A stretch of DNA of 64,000 nt, from assembly GCA_041665885.1 (NCBI GenBank), contig JBAYHY010000001.1:5715-69714 (forward strand). Reading direction: 5' to 3'. Source of the DNA: Minisyncoccota bacterium (GTDB lineage Bacteria > Patescibacteriota > Minisyncoccia > Phycocordibacterales > UBA9973). The notes under the pieces are model-generated. The model ran no database searches. It saw only the letters and a list, made by a program, of their open reading frames with translations, and was not told the origin of the DNA. Both the position numbers and the translations under genes were made by a program. Within the stretch, counting starts at the first letter, position 1. Each line of letters starts with the position of its first letter. Shown piece by piece: positions 17,491 through 26,961 of this stretch.

Positions 17491-18456
17491 CTATATAATC
17501 GCATTGAATAGATATCCCGTAAGAATAATCCCGGTAGCCACTATCCCGGCGAAAATCAAAATCAATTTAATCTTCATTACTTTCTTTAAAATCATAAACT
17601 CCGGCAAAGATAAGGCGGTCACGGACATCATAAATGCAAGCGTAGTTCCGACTGAAACTCCCTTTTCAGTCAAAGCGGAAACAAGCGGGATAACTCCAGC
17701 AGCATTCGAATATAAAGGAATACCGATAAGCACAGCGAGCGGCACTGCATACCATTTATCACTTCCGGCATATTGGGCCAAAAAATCAGCCGGAACATAG
17801 CCATGTATCCAGGCTCCGATTCCAATCCCGATTAAAATATATATCCAAACTTTTTTCAATATATCCAGAGTGTACTCTTTTGCATAAGCGATTCTTTCCT
17901 TTCCCGTCATTGTCGGTAGGTCGATATTCCCATTCAATGTATTTTGATAGACAAAGGGTTCAACCAAGCCCTCTACCTTCATTTTACCGATAATTATTCC
18001 TGAGAGAATGGCAATAATAAGTCCACTGACTATATACATGAGAGCGATTTTCCAGCCAAACATTCCGAGAAGTAAAACAAGTGCCACCTCATTTATCATC
18101 GGAGAAGCGATAAGGAATGAAAATGTAGTTCCAAGAGGAACACCTGCTTGAACAAATCCTAAAAATAGTGGGATGGCGGAACAAGAGCAAAAGGGAGTAA
18201 TAATTCCTAGAAGTGAAGCAATCACATTCCCCAGGTACTTATTTTTGTGAGATAAAATCGCTCGTATTTTCTCCGGTGGTAAATATGAGCGAATGATAGA
18301 AACAAGGAAAATAATAACAGCTAGTAAAATAAATATTTTAAGTGTGTCAAAAATAAAAAAATTAACGGCGCCCGCTAAAAGAGTTTTGGGAGTAATATTA
18401 AAAACCGCATAGGTCAACCAGTCAGCAAATAATTGAATGGGATAAAAAATGCTCAT
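17491..18456 (-). CDS. ArsP/DUF318 family permease
   Basis: TPFCSCSAIP, SPMINE, LSLPE. Confidence 0.9.
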   Translation of the reverse strand: MSIFYPIQLFADWLTYAVFNITPKTLLAGAVNFFIFDTLKIFILLAVIIFLVSIIRSYLPPEKIRAILSHKNKYLGNVIASLLGIITPFCSCSAIPLFLGFVQAGVPLGTTFSFLIASPMINEVALVLLLGMFGWKIALMYIVSGLIIAILSGIIIGKMKVEGLVEPFVYQNTLNGNIDLPTMTGKERIAYAKEYTLDILKKVWIYILIGIGIGAWIHGYVPADFLAQYAGSDKWYAVPLAVLIGIPLYSNAAGVIPLVSALTEKGVSVGTTLAFMMSVTALSLPEFMILKKVMKIKLILIFAGIVATGIILTGYLFNAII

Positions 18457-18458
18457 AA

Positions 18459-18698
18459 TTACATATTTTCTTCTATTATTTTTTTGATTTTTTCAATATC
18501 CGAAGTAAAGCCAACCAAAACCGGTTTTTCATTTATCACCAAAACGGGACTCTGCATCAAACCCATGGCAATAATCTTTTGCACGTCGGTAATGTATTCA
18601 ACATTTTCTTTTAAGCCCAAAGTGGCAACCGCCTTTTGAGTAATTTCAAACAACTTTTTACATGTTGCGCACCCCGAACCCAATACTTGTATTTTCAT
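18459..18698 (-). CDS. Small thioredoxin-like redox-active disulfide protein (MTH895 type)
   Basis: MKIQVLGSGCATC...MQSPVLVIN. Confidence 0.9.
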   Translation of the reverse strand: MKIQVLGSGCATCKKLFEITQKAVATLGLKENVEYITDVQKIIAMGLMQSPVLVINEKPVLVGFTSDIEKIKKIIEENM

Positions 18699-18885
18699 AT
18701 AATTTATTTTGTTAGTTCTGACCTCGCGACGCTTAAACAGTTTAGCATATATTTAAAATGAATTTACTAAACAAAAATTACATTAATTATTTTCAAAAAA
18801 ATTAATTTGACTTTTCCCATGTGTGTTATATATTGATAAATGAATTGTTCTGGCGGGGATTACACTATTTGGATAGGAGGCTCGA

Positions 18886-19134
18886 ATGAACACAACCACG
18901 GGAAACATCGTTGTGTGCGTCGTTGAAACAAGAAGACTGGTTAATCTTTTGTCCTTGGTTAGAAAATCAAACTCCGGGTCTTTTGATCTCATCAGCCAAT
19001 CCCTCGATAGGAACCTCAAGGTCATCGAGGAAAAACTCAAAGAAATACAGATGGCAAACATGAGAACCAGAGCCTTCTACGTCGACAAGGCCATTAAAGA
19101 GAACGTTGAATTTGAGTCAAAAGATACCTTCTAG
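18886..19134 (+). CDS. Orphan 82-aa protein in a self-contained cassette
   Basis: TTGACT(18807)/TATATT promoter, AGGAGG at 18875-80, terminator at 19165-19191. Confidence 0.7.
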   Translation: MNTTTGNIVVCVVETRRLVNLLSLVRKSNSGSFDLISQSLDRNLKVIEEKLKEIQMANMRTRAFYVDKAIKENVEFESKDTF

Positions 19135-19164
19135 GGCCAGTCTGGGCAAATAATCAGAAAACAC

Positions 19165-19191
19165 AGGGAGGCCATGTGCCTCCCTTTTTTT
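19165..19191 (+). terminator. Intrinsic terminator
   Basis: AGGGAGGC-CATGT-GCCTCCCT-TTTTTT. Confidence 0.85.
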
Positions 19192-19210
19192 ATAAAAACT
19201 AAAATTTAAA

Positions 19211-19858
19211 TTACTTCGCCAAGTATGCCTTCAACAATATCATCAGGGTGACAATTATTGTTACGATTAAAATATTTATAGTTTTAGATTTTGGTGATTT
19301 ATTGCCTCTTTGCATGATAAAAATATCCTCACCTCCTGCCCGAACAGTGTGTATGGGCATTTCTATCCCCCGCTCAAGCATTTTTCCCCTGACAACTTCA
19401 CTAATCTTATGGTCTAAATGCCCGGCTTTAAGCATTTCAACAAAAACAGGATAGCGGGAAATATATTTGTTGGGATTTTTTAAATAATCAATAGCTGTTC
19501 TCGTTATAATTTCTGTATTTATATATTCATCTACTAAATAATCAATGGCACCAAGCTTGATTCCCATGTCGATATCTTCAACTGTGCTTTTTCTATTCTC
19601 AAAGACAACCGGAATATTTTTGGTGCGGGCATCAGCTTTTAGCAAACGAAGCGCCTCAAAACCACTTCTGCCGGGCAGGACAATATATAGATAAATCATA
19701 TCCGGCATTATCCCCACCACTTTTTCAACAAAATTATTGTTGGCATCCTCAAGCGAATAGACGTCAAAATTATCTTGCCTTAGGCGCAGAGAATAACTCT
19801 CCAAGAGGAAACTATATCCGCTGACAAAAAGTATTTTCTTCTTTTTCATCGCCTTCAT
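19211..19858 (-). CDS. Pseudo-receiver domain protein with C-terminal TM
   Basis: SGFEALRLLKADARTKNIPVV and GAIDYLV; acidic residues replaced (VSG, YLYIVLP). Confidence 0.75.
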   Translation of the reverse strand: MKAMKKKKILFVSGYSFLLESYSLRLRQDNFDVYSLEDANNNFVEKVVGIMPDMIYLYIVLPGRSGFEALRLLKADARTKNIPVVFENRKSTVEDIDMGIKLGAIDYLVDEYINTEIITRTAIDYLKNPNKYISRYPVFVEMLKAGHLDHKISEVVRGKMLERGIEMPIHTVRAGGEDIFIMQRGNKSPKSKTINILIVTIIVTLMILLKAYLAK

Positions 19859-19860
19859 AA

Positions 19861-20682
19861 TTATATTGTAATATTTATTTCAGCTCTCTCCAAAAAACCA
19901 GAAAAGGTTTCGGACATTATTTTTACCGCATTGTGGACAGTATTGTGATCTACGCCGGGAATACTGACAAATTTAGAATTTTTTATCTCTTTAGACATTC
20001 TAATAGCATTTCTCATTGGTATCAATGTATCTTTCTCCCCATGCATTATGAGCGTCGGCACATTTATTTTTTCAAGAGCATAGTCTTCCCGGCAAAGAAA
20101 AGATTGCCGAAGAGCAAAAAAATGAACACGAAAAGAAGTATTCCTCATGTCGGCAAAGTTCCTTCCGATGTCCCAATCTGTAGAATTGATGTGCTTGGTA
20201 TAATCCACATGCCCACGAGGCCTAGGATCAAACGGAAAAATACCGATAATCATACTGACTAATTTAAGAACAGGCAAAGCAACTTTTGCCAATATCCCTT
20301 CTCCTAAATATACTTCCGGTGAAGTAAAAATATTAGCGACCACTGTGTCTCTCCGAATTTTAAGATATTCGAGGGCTATTAGTGCGGCAAAAGAATTGCT
20401 AATCAAAACAAATTTAGAAATCTTCAAATAAGACACGAGAGCATCTAAATCATTAACGAAATTCTCTACCTCATAGTCCTCAAAATTAGAATACTTTTTC
20501 GACATTCCGTGACCACGAATATCATAGGTTAAAATATTATATTTATTTTCAAATATTTTCTCATACGGTAACCAAGCAGAAGAAGAGCCTGAAATTCCAT
20601 GCACAAATACCAAAGTCAATCTATCGGGCTTAAATTCATTCGTCCTGTAGTAAATCTCGTCATTTAAATAATACTCTTTCAT
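19861..20682 (-). CDS. Alpha/beta hydrolase
   Basis: FVHG, DIRGHG, SNSFA, HGEKD, DH. Confidence 0.88.
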   Translation of the reverse strand: MKEYYLNDEIYYRTNEFKPDRLTLVFVHGISGSSSAWLPYEKIFENKYNILTYDIRGHGMSKKYSNFEDYEVENFVNDLDALVSYLKISKFVLISNSFAALIALEYLKIRRDTVVANIFTSPEVYLGEGILAKVALPVLKLVSMIIGIFPFDPRPRGHVDYTKHINSTDWDIGRNFADMRNTSFRVHFFALRQSFLCREDYALEKINVPTLIMHGEKDTLIPMRNAIRMSKEIKNSKFVSIPGVDHNTVHNAVKIMSETFSGFLERAEINITI

Positions 20683-20749
20683 TTAAATAATATAACACAT
20701 GCTCGTTTTTATGCTATGATTTGAATTATTATATTTAAAGTTAAATTTT

Positions 20750-21148
20750 ATGCTAAAAGAATTTAAACAATTTTTGCTTCGTGGAAATGTTATTGACCTC
20801 GCAGTCGGTGTCGTAATCGGCGCTGCTTTTGGGGCGGTCGTCACCGCCCTAGTGTCCGACATCCTTACTCCGTTTATCGCAGCCATAGCGAAAGTGCCGG
20901 ACTTTAGCAACCTTACTTTTACAGTAAACGGAAGCAAATTCATGTTGGGCCATTTTATTAACGCCCTAATTTCATTCATCCTGGTTGCTTCCGCTGTATT
21001 CTTCTTTGTAATTAAACCGATAAATATGCTCGTGGCGCGTAATAAAAAAGGTCCACCGATAGATCCGACAACGAGAGACTGCCCTGAATGTTTAAGCGAA
21101 ATACCGATAAAGGCAAAGCGATGCTCGCACTGCGCTCAAGTGGTTTAA
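20750..21148 (+). CDS. mscL: Large-conductance mechanosensitive channel with C-terminal CxxC...CxxC
   Basis: EFKQFLLRGNVIDLAVGVVIGAAF. Confidence 0.96.
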   Translation: MLKEFKQFLLRGNVIDLAVGVVIGAAFGAVVTALVSDILTPFIAAIAKVPDFSNLTFTVNGSKFMLGHFINALISFILVASAVFFFVIKPINMLVARNKKGPPIDPTTRDCPECLSEIPIKAKRCSHCAQVV

Positions 21149-21163
21149 TCATTAAATAATTTA

Positions 21164-21409
21164 ATGAAAAAAACAAAAAAAATTATTATTTTTACTGTTG
21201 GGATTTTTTTTATAATTTTGGGGCTCCTCGGCCTAGTACTTCCTTTTTTACAAGGTATTCTTTTTTTGATTATCGGAATTTTTCTTTTATCTTTTAGTTT
21301 TCCGAAATTCAGAAATTGGATTCAAAATAAAGCTGAAAAATCCTCCTCCTCTCTAAAAATAATAAAAAAAATCGAAAAATGGATTGAAATTATTTTAGGA
21401 GAGGTTTAG
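21164..21409 (+). CDS. Small membrane protein (PGPGW/DUF454-like)
   Basis: GLLGLVLPFLQGILF hairpin TM. Confidence 0.65.
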   Translation: MKKTKKIIIFTVGIFFIILGLLGLVLPFLQGILFLIIGIFLLSFSFPKFRNWIQNKAEKSSSSLKIIKKIEKWIEIILGEV

Positions 21410-21450
21410 TCCAACTTGACTATCATTGACATTTTTGATAATCTTCATTA

Positions 21451-22746
21451 TTATTTTTTCCTTTTCCATTCCTCGTCCTGGCGGACCAAGAATTTTTCTT
21501 TATTTTCAGAATCTTCGAGAATTGCTTCTACCACCCGCTCCATTCGCATTCCCTGTGAGCCCTTAATCAAAATGACGTCATTTTTTTGGATAAATGTTTT
21601 TATAAAATTTCCCGTTTCTGTTGAATTTGAAAATTCAAAAATATTTTCTCCCGCCATACCGAAATCGATCGCACCTTCTTTTATAGATTTTGCCCGCGGT
21701 CCGACGACGACGAGCACCTTCGCATTTTCCCTAGCGATTTTTCCAATATTTTTATGCGCCTCGACGGTGTGCTTACCAAGTTCTAGCATATCGCCCAAAA
21801 TAGCAATTTTTCTACCCTCGGACTTAACCTCGTGTAGAGTTTTAAGCGCAAACTCGCAGGCAAGCGGAGAAGAATTATAGGTATCATCAATAATATAAGT
21901 TTCCATAATTCCCCGAAGTAGTCGCATCCTTCCGGGAGGAACATCATAATTTTTAAGAGCATTTATCGCTGTCACCATGTTAAATTTTAGTCCAGAGGAT
22001 AAAGCCAATGCGGCCAGAGAGGCATAAACATGATTCCTGCCGAACACTCCCTCGATAGTAACCGGCATACTGCTACCCTCCTCGTCTGCTCTGAAAATTA
22101 TTCCTTCCGGCTCATTTTTGTCATTATATAAAATAGTATCACCAGACCCTATAATATTCGCCTCCCTGGAAAATCCAAATGTTATGAGACGATGCTTATC
22201 TTTTGCTTTCATTCCGAGCACCGCTTCATCATCGGCATTTAATACCAAGAGCCCATCGGGTTTTAGTGTTTTGATAAGTTGACTTTTTTCATCTACCAGA
22301 TGTTTATATGAATTAAAAAATTCTATATGCGCCGGAGTTTCTCCGATTGCGGTCACGATAACTGCATCAGTCTTAAGCCAGGCTGCGGTGTTTTTCATGT
22401 CATTTGGTTTACCTATACCAACTTCGAGCACTAGCCAGGCGGGATATTCATGTGGCCAAATAAATAACCAAAAACCCTTCAGGATGTTCTCAAACCATAT
22501 TACCGGATTATTCCAACCGTTTGGACACGCTAAAATAGTAAGAGGCAAACCTATTTCACTATTAAAACTTTTTTCACTTTTACGAACATATGCGATCTTC
22601 GAAAGCACCGCATAAACAGCATCCTTTGTGGAGGTCTTCCCGACAGAACCAGTAATCGCAATAATTTTGGGCTTATATTTCCACAATACGAGTCGTGACT
22701 CGATTTTTAGAATATAAGCTACGATTTTTTTTAAATTTGTTTTCAT
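21451..22746 (-). CDS. murF: UDP-MurNAc-tripeptide D-Ala-D-Ala ligase
   Basis: ITGSVGKTSTK, NSEIGLP, DDTYNSSP, LGDMLELG, KGSQ. Confidence 0.93.
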   Translation of the reverse strand: MKTNLKKIVAYILKIESRLVLWKYKPKIIAITGSVGKTSTKDAVYAVLSKIAYVRKSEKSFNSEIGLPLTILACPNGWNNPVIWFENILKGFWLFIWPHEYPAWLVLEVGIGKPNDMKNTAAWLKTDAVIVTAIGETPAHIEFFNSYKHLVDEKSQLIKTLKPDGLLVLNADDEAVLGMKAKDKHRLITFGFSREANIIGSGDTILYNDKNEPEGIIFRADEEGSSMPVTIEGVFGRNHVYASLAALALSSGLKFNMVTAINALKNYDVPPGRMRLLRGIMETYIIDDTYNSSPLACEFALKTLHEVKSEGRKIAILGDMLELGKHTVEAHKNIGKIARENAKVLVVVGPRAKSIKEGAIDFGMAGENIFEFSNSTETGNFIKTFIQKNDVILIKGSQGMRMERVVEAILEDSENKEKFLVRQDEEWKRKK

Positions 22747-22756
22747 ATGATAAGCC

Positions 22757-24472
22757 TCATCTATCCGGCGGAACATTGTAATAATTCAACAAAAATTTAG
22801 TAATATCCAAAAATGGATCCGTCCAAGTAGTAGACGCATAGGGCACCCCTTTAGGATTTATGGCATAAAGAAAAACAATAAATTTGGGATTATAAGCTGG
22901 AAAATATCCGAAGAAGGAATGATTGTGCCTATCTGCATAATATCCTCCGTTCACATTATCCGCAACCTGCGCTGTCCCGGTCTTTACGGCGACGCTAAAA
23001 TGGTCCAACTTTTTTGCCCCCTCGGAAATTCCTTTGTCCAAGACATTCACCAACATTCTGGTTATCTCCTGGGATGTTTCCTTTGAAATTTTTGTAGGAG
23101 TTGTAGGATAAGTCATTATTTTTGACAGACCAGTGTCATATTTTATTTCCTTCACAACATGTGGCACGACCAAATTCCCTCCATTCCCGAGTGAGGCAAG
23201 CGCCCGCACTAATTCGATCGGAGTAAAGGCGACCCCCTGGCCAAAAGCCGCGTTGGCGTATTCAATTTCGCGAGGACTATTTAATATGCCAGACACGAGA
23301 CCACTCGTCTCATTCGGTAAATCAATTCCGGTTTTATTTTTAAGGCCATATGATAACAAATAATCACGTAATTTTGTTTTTCCTAATTTTTGTTCTACAA
23401 AAACCATCCCCGTATTCAACGATTGGCTCAATACTTCTTGCATGCTCGTACCGGGGCCCCTGCCCTTTTTGTCAAAATTAAATATCTCGTGTTTTTCAAC
23501 CATAACAGAACCCTTGTCATTATAAGTAGTGTCAGCCGTGACAACTCCCTCATTCAAAGCCCCCGCCATTATTAATGGTTTTACCACCGAGCCAAACTCT
23601 AAAACATTTTCTACCAACGAATTTGTAAAAATAGATACTGAATCCACCTGAGAATAATTATTCGGATCAAAATCCGGCTTTACTGACATGGCATAGAGTG
23701 AGCCATCTGTCGGATTCATAATTATTCCACCCACAGAATCAATCTGATATCTATTTTTTACTTCATTCAACTTTTTTTCCAAAAAACCCTGCACCTGAGG
23801 TTCAATGGTGGTCACAATATCCCCTTCCGGTGCAACATTTTCAAACAAACTTTTTTTAACATTGGAAAAAACTTCAGCAAAAAAATTGATATACGGGTTA
23901 TCCACGTTCCGGGCGAGCAGTGAATTATATTGTTTCTCCAAACCATATCGTCCGCTCAATTCATCCCCACTGAAACCGACAAAACCCAAAATATGCGAAG
24001 CGAGATTGCCACCGGAATAAAAACGCCACTTTTCTTTAAAAATACTTACCCCGGGCAATTTTAATTTTGAAATGACATCAGCTTTTTCTTTGGTAAGTTC
24101 ATGGGCTATCTCTTCATACGGATCATTTTTTTGTCCCGCCTTCCCGATAAAATAATCATGATCTAAAACTATAATTTTTGACAGTTTTTGAAAGGTATCC
24201 TCCGCATCAATGATCTTCCCGGCATTGATCGCCACCTTAAAACCGGCAATCTGCGTCGCAGCTGAAATCAACGCTCCATCCTTACGCTCAAAATATATTG
24301 TGCCTCTTTCGTAAATATTCGTGGCTGGTGTGGCATACTGACGATTGGCGGTTTCGGAATAAACATTCCCTCGTACGACTTGCACCCAAAAAAGCCTTCC
24401 GAGAAGGATTAAAGCAAAAGCAATAATAAATATAATAATTATTCTGGATCTGAGAAGAAAACTAGATTTCAT
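22757..24472 (-). CDS. ftsI: Class B penicillin-binding protein
   Basis: GSVVK, SLN and KTGTAQ motifs; dcw context. Confidence 0.85.
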   Translation of the reverse strand: MKSSFLLRSRIIIIFIIAFALILLGRLFWVQVVRGNVYSETANRQYATPATNIYERGTIYFERKDGALISAATQIAGFKVAINAGKIIDAEDTFQKLSKIIVLDHDYFIGKAGQKNDPYEEIAHELTKEKADVISKLKLPGVSIFKEKWRFYSGGNLASHILGFVGFSGDELSGRYGLEKQYNSLLARNVDNPYINFFAEVFSNVKKSLFENVAPEGDIVTTIEPQVQGFLEKKLNEVKNRYQIDSVGGIIMNPTDGSLYAMSVKPDFDPNNYSQVDSVSIFTNSLVENVLEFGSVVKPLIMAGALNEGVVTADTTYNDKGSVMVEKHEIFNFDKKGRGPGTSMQEVLSQSLNTGMVFVEQKLGKTKLRDYLLSYGLKNKTGIDLPNETSGLVSGILNSPREIEYANAAFGQGVAFTPIELVRALASLGNGGNLVVPHVVKEIKYDTGLSKIMTYPTTPTKISKETSQEITRMLVNVLDKGISEGAKKLDHFSVAVKTGTAQVADNVNGGYYADRHNHSFFGYFPAYNPKFIVFLYAINPKGVPYASTTWTDPFLDITKFLLNYYNVPPDR

Positions 24473-24818
24473 TGTTCGTTGTTTTTATCTGGCCGAGGGC
24501 TTTTCGAGTAGCGAAGGTTGCCTTCGCTTCCCTAAACCCCATAGAAGCAGAAAGGTCCATATCCACACTATTGGAAACATTGAGGTATGCTAGCTCTAGT
24601 CCACCCACTTCACTTGTTAAAGTTAGCATTTCCTTTTCTAGGGCCTTCCTCTCCACAATATCAAAAACCATATTTCCTAAAATCAAAACATACAAGAAAG
24701 CGAGCCCAGCCAAAGTTGCGAGCATGGTGTTCAAAATAACTCTTGGAGCTTCAAAATTACTGTTCGTGATATTTACATTTTTGATTCTGCTTTTCAGTTG
24801 TAATGTAGCTTGTCTCAT
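24462..24818 (-). CDS. FtsL-like cell division protein
   Basis: Single TM plus coiled coil, located between rsmH and the PBP gene. Confidence 0.6.
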   Translation of the reverse strand: MRQATLQLKSRIKNVNITNSNFEAPRVILNTMLATLAGLAFLYVLILGNMVFDIVERKALEKEMLTLTSEVGGLELAYLNVSNSVDMDLSASMGFREAKATFATRKALGQIKTTNNEI

Positions 24819-25693
24819 GATTTTTCTATAATTCTCAACTTTGCGCTCCTGGACCTTGGATTATTTTTTATTTCTGACTCTTCCGCTTTTATTGGCTTTT
24901 TATTTATTAAAAATGCTAATCCCATTTTTTCTTTCTCTTTAAAAAATCTCTTGGTGATTCTGTCTTCCAAACTATGAAAAGAAATCACCGTCATTCTTCC
25001 TCCCCCCTTCAGTCTTTCAAATCCTTTTTCTAAACCCTTTTGAAGAACTCCCAACTCATCATTCACCGCGATTCGTAATGCTTGAAAGGTCCTTGTGGCA
25101 AAATGAATTCTCCCCCTCCTATATACTCCTGGCACTGCCCCCTCAATTATTTTTACTAAATCCTGGGTAGTATTTATCTTTGCGTTTTCCCTGGCTATTA
25201 CAATCGCTCGGGCTATTCTTCTTGAATATTTTTCTTCTCCATAACCATAAATGATATCCGCTAAATTTTTCTCCTCCCAAGTATTCACGATATCTTCCGC
25301 AGTGACATCTTCCGAAGAAGGATTTTCCTTCATGGTCATGAGTAGTGGTTCATCCTTCATAAAAGAAAATCCTCGTCCGGAATTCTCCAACTGGTCTGAA
25401 CTCAAACCAAGGTCAAAGATTATTCCATCCACTTTTTCATTACCCAAAACTTTGTCCAAATCGGAAAAATTTTCGTTGAAAAATGAAATCCTTATATCGT
25501 TTTGTTTCCACACGTTCTTGTCTTGATCTAAGGCAATGATTTTTACTTTTGGAAATCTTTTTAGGATTTCAATGCTGTGCCCTCCTCCTCCAAAAGTGCA
25601 GTCGAGAACAACGAGTTTCTCCTTCCCCGCCTTCTGCGGGGCAAGCAAACCTTCTATTGTTTCATTTAAAAGAACTGTCTTGTGAATACTCAT
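24815..25693 (-). CDS. rsmH: 16S rRNA m4C1402 methyltransferase
   Basis: DCTFGGGGHS, DLGLSS, FQALRIAVN, SFHSLED, NPRSRSAKLR. Confidence 0.97.
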   Translation of the reverse strand: MSIHKTVLLNETIEGLLAPQKAGKEKLVVLDCTFGGGGHSIEILKRFPKVKIIALDQDKNVWKQNDIRISFFNENFSDLDKVLGNEKVDGIIFDLGLSSDQLENSGRGFSFMKDEPLLMTMKENPSSEDVTAEDIVNTWEEKNLADIIYGYGEEKYSRRIARAIVIARENAKINTTQDLVKIIEGAVPGVYRRGRIHFATRTFQALRIAVNDELGVLQKGLEKGFERLKGGGRMTVISFHSLEDRITKRFFKEKEKMGLAFLINKKPIKAEESEIKNNPRSRSAKLRIIEKS

Positions 25694-26118
25694 AACCTTT
25701 CTGCTAATTCTCCCGCCTGCTTTTCAACCAATTCTTGATTCTTTAACCATTCTTTGTCGTTCCAAATTTCCACCCTATCCTCTACTCCGATAATCGCCGC
25801 CTTGTCTTTGAGTCCAATTCTATCTTTCAAAAAATCAGGGATTAACATTCTGCCAATCGAATCTATTTCTACTTCCGCTGCCCGGCCAAACATGTATCGA
25901 TTGAAACTTCTTTGATCCGCCTTTAGAAAAGACAAGTCATTGTTACTGTTGGAAAGTCTCTCTTTTACCTTCACCCATTCCTTGGAGGTGAAAACGAACA
26001 AACAAGAATCGAGTCCGGGGGTAATAATAATTTTCTTGCCCATTTCTTTTCGGAATTTTACCGGAAGCGAAATGCGATTTTTTTCATCTATGGTGTGTAT
26101 GTATTCGCCGATGAGCAT
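25690..26118 (-). CDS. mraZ: Transcriptional regulator MraZ
   Basis: GEYIHTIDEKNRISLP, DSIGRMLIP, RVEIW. Confidence 0.97.
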   Translation of the reverse strand: MLIGEYIHTIDEKNRISLPVKFRKEMGKKIIITPGLDSCLFVFTSKEWVKVKERLSNSNNDLSFLKADQRSFNRYMFGRAAEVEIDSIGRMLIPDFLKDRIGLKDKAAIIGVEDRVEIWNDKEWLKNQELVEKQAGELAERL

Positions 26119-26159
26119 TTTAATTACGAAAATTATTAAAATTACTTATAAACAGATTT

Positions 26160-26175
26160 CCCACTTTTTCCCACT
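26160..26175 (-). promoter_or_regulatory. MraZ-box direct repeats
   Basis: AGTGGG-AAAA-AGTGGG with a 10-bp period, upstream of mraZ. Confidence 0.7.
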
Positions 26176-26221
26176 TAGTTAACATTATAAACCACTGTTA
26201 AAAATAACACCAAGCCAAATA

Positions 26222-26230
26222 TGTGGATAA
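26222..26230 (-). promoter_or_regulatory. Perfect DnaA box upstream of the dcw operon
   Basis: TTATCCACA on the minus strand. Confidence 0.5.
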
Positions 26231-26300
26231 CTCTAGCCCCGCCTAAAATTGACTAATATCATGAAATATGGCATATTCCATATCGGAAAGGAGGCGTTCG

Positions 26301-26498
26301 ATGAAAACACCGATTCTGGCTACCGGATGGGAAGAAGGAAAGGATATACACACGGTGGTAAAACACTTCGGAAACCGTGTCTCGCACCTTGGGACTACCA
26401 ACCACCCCTCCCATTTTGATCTCATGGACTGCACAGATGAGGACATTCAAAAGCTCAAGAAGATCGGCGTCACTGCGACAATAATCAAAGGGAGCTAG
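26301..26498 (+). CDS. Orphan 65-aa protein
   Basis: TTGACT(26249)-17-CATATT promoter; GGAAAGGAGG 6 nt before the ATG at 26301. Confidence 0.7.
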   Translation: MKTPILATGWEEGKDIHTVVKHFGNRVSHLGTTNHPSHFDLMDCTDEDIQKLKKIGVTATIIKGS

Positions 26499-26503
26499 CT
26501 GTG

Positions 26504-26692
26504 ATGAAAGTGCGAATCAAAATTACCAGCCCCAAAAACGTAAGCCTCGAAGAACTCAAAACTATCTTCGGAGAATCGGTCTCCCGTGATGAAAAGGAGA
26601 AAGATATCTTCTCGGTTACCGGGAAAAAGATAAAGGAGATCACCGAAGGCTTGCGAGCCGCGGAAGTCGGTTTTCGGATCCTTTACCTGTAG
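26504..26692 (+). CDS. Orphan 62-aa protein, possible paralog of the upstream ORF
   Basis: GGGAG upstream; follows the first ORF directly. Confidence 0.7.
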   Translation: MKVRIKITSPKNVSLEELKTIFGESVSRDEKEKDIFSVTGKKIKEITEGLRAAEVGFRILYL

Positions 26693-26747
26693 GGAGAACG
26701 ACGAAACACTGGGTTGACTTTCTACGTCAAATTTTGTATACTGTAAT

Positions 26748-26950
26748 TCCTCCTTTCCGTGGATCCCAACCAGCCATTAGGGGATAAAGGTTTTGTCCTT
26801 AAGCCTCTTAGCCCAAAGCGTGGGCAGAGGGACCTCCTCGAAAACTGGTTGGGATCCACACCCACAATTTGTTCTTTGTTTTAATTTCATCAATCCGGCG
26901 CTCAGGCGCCATAAAAATACCCCGGCTTCAATGCTGGGGTATCGTTCGTT
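26748..26950 (+). ncRNA. Putative sRNA with anti-SD 5' end and 15-bp closing stem
   Basis: TTGACT(26714)-17-TATACT; GTGGATCCCAACCAG(26759-73)/CTGGTTGGGATCCAC(26845-59); terminator 26917-26942. Confidence 0.65.
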
Positions 26951-26961
26951 TTGGGAAATTT

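Noticed and set aside
24815-24817. Alternative genetic code (TGA read as Gly)
   Set aside because: TGA ends rsmH and mraZ at the expected positions, and long genes are intact under code 11.
26222-26230. Replication origin
   Set aside because: A single DnaA box with no cluster and no dnaA nearby.
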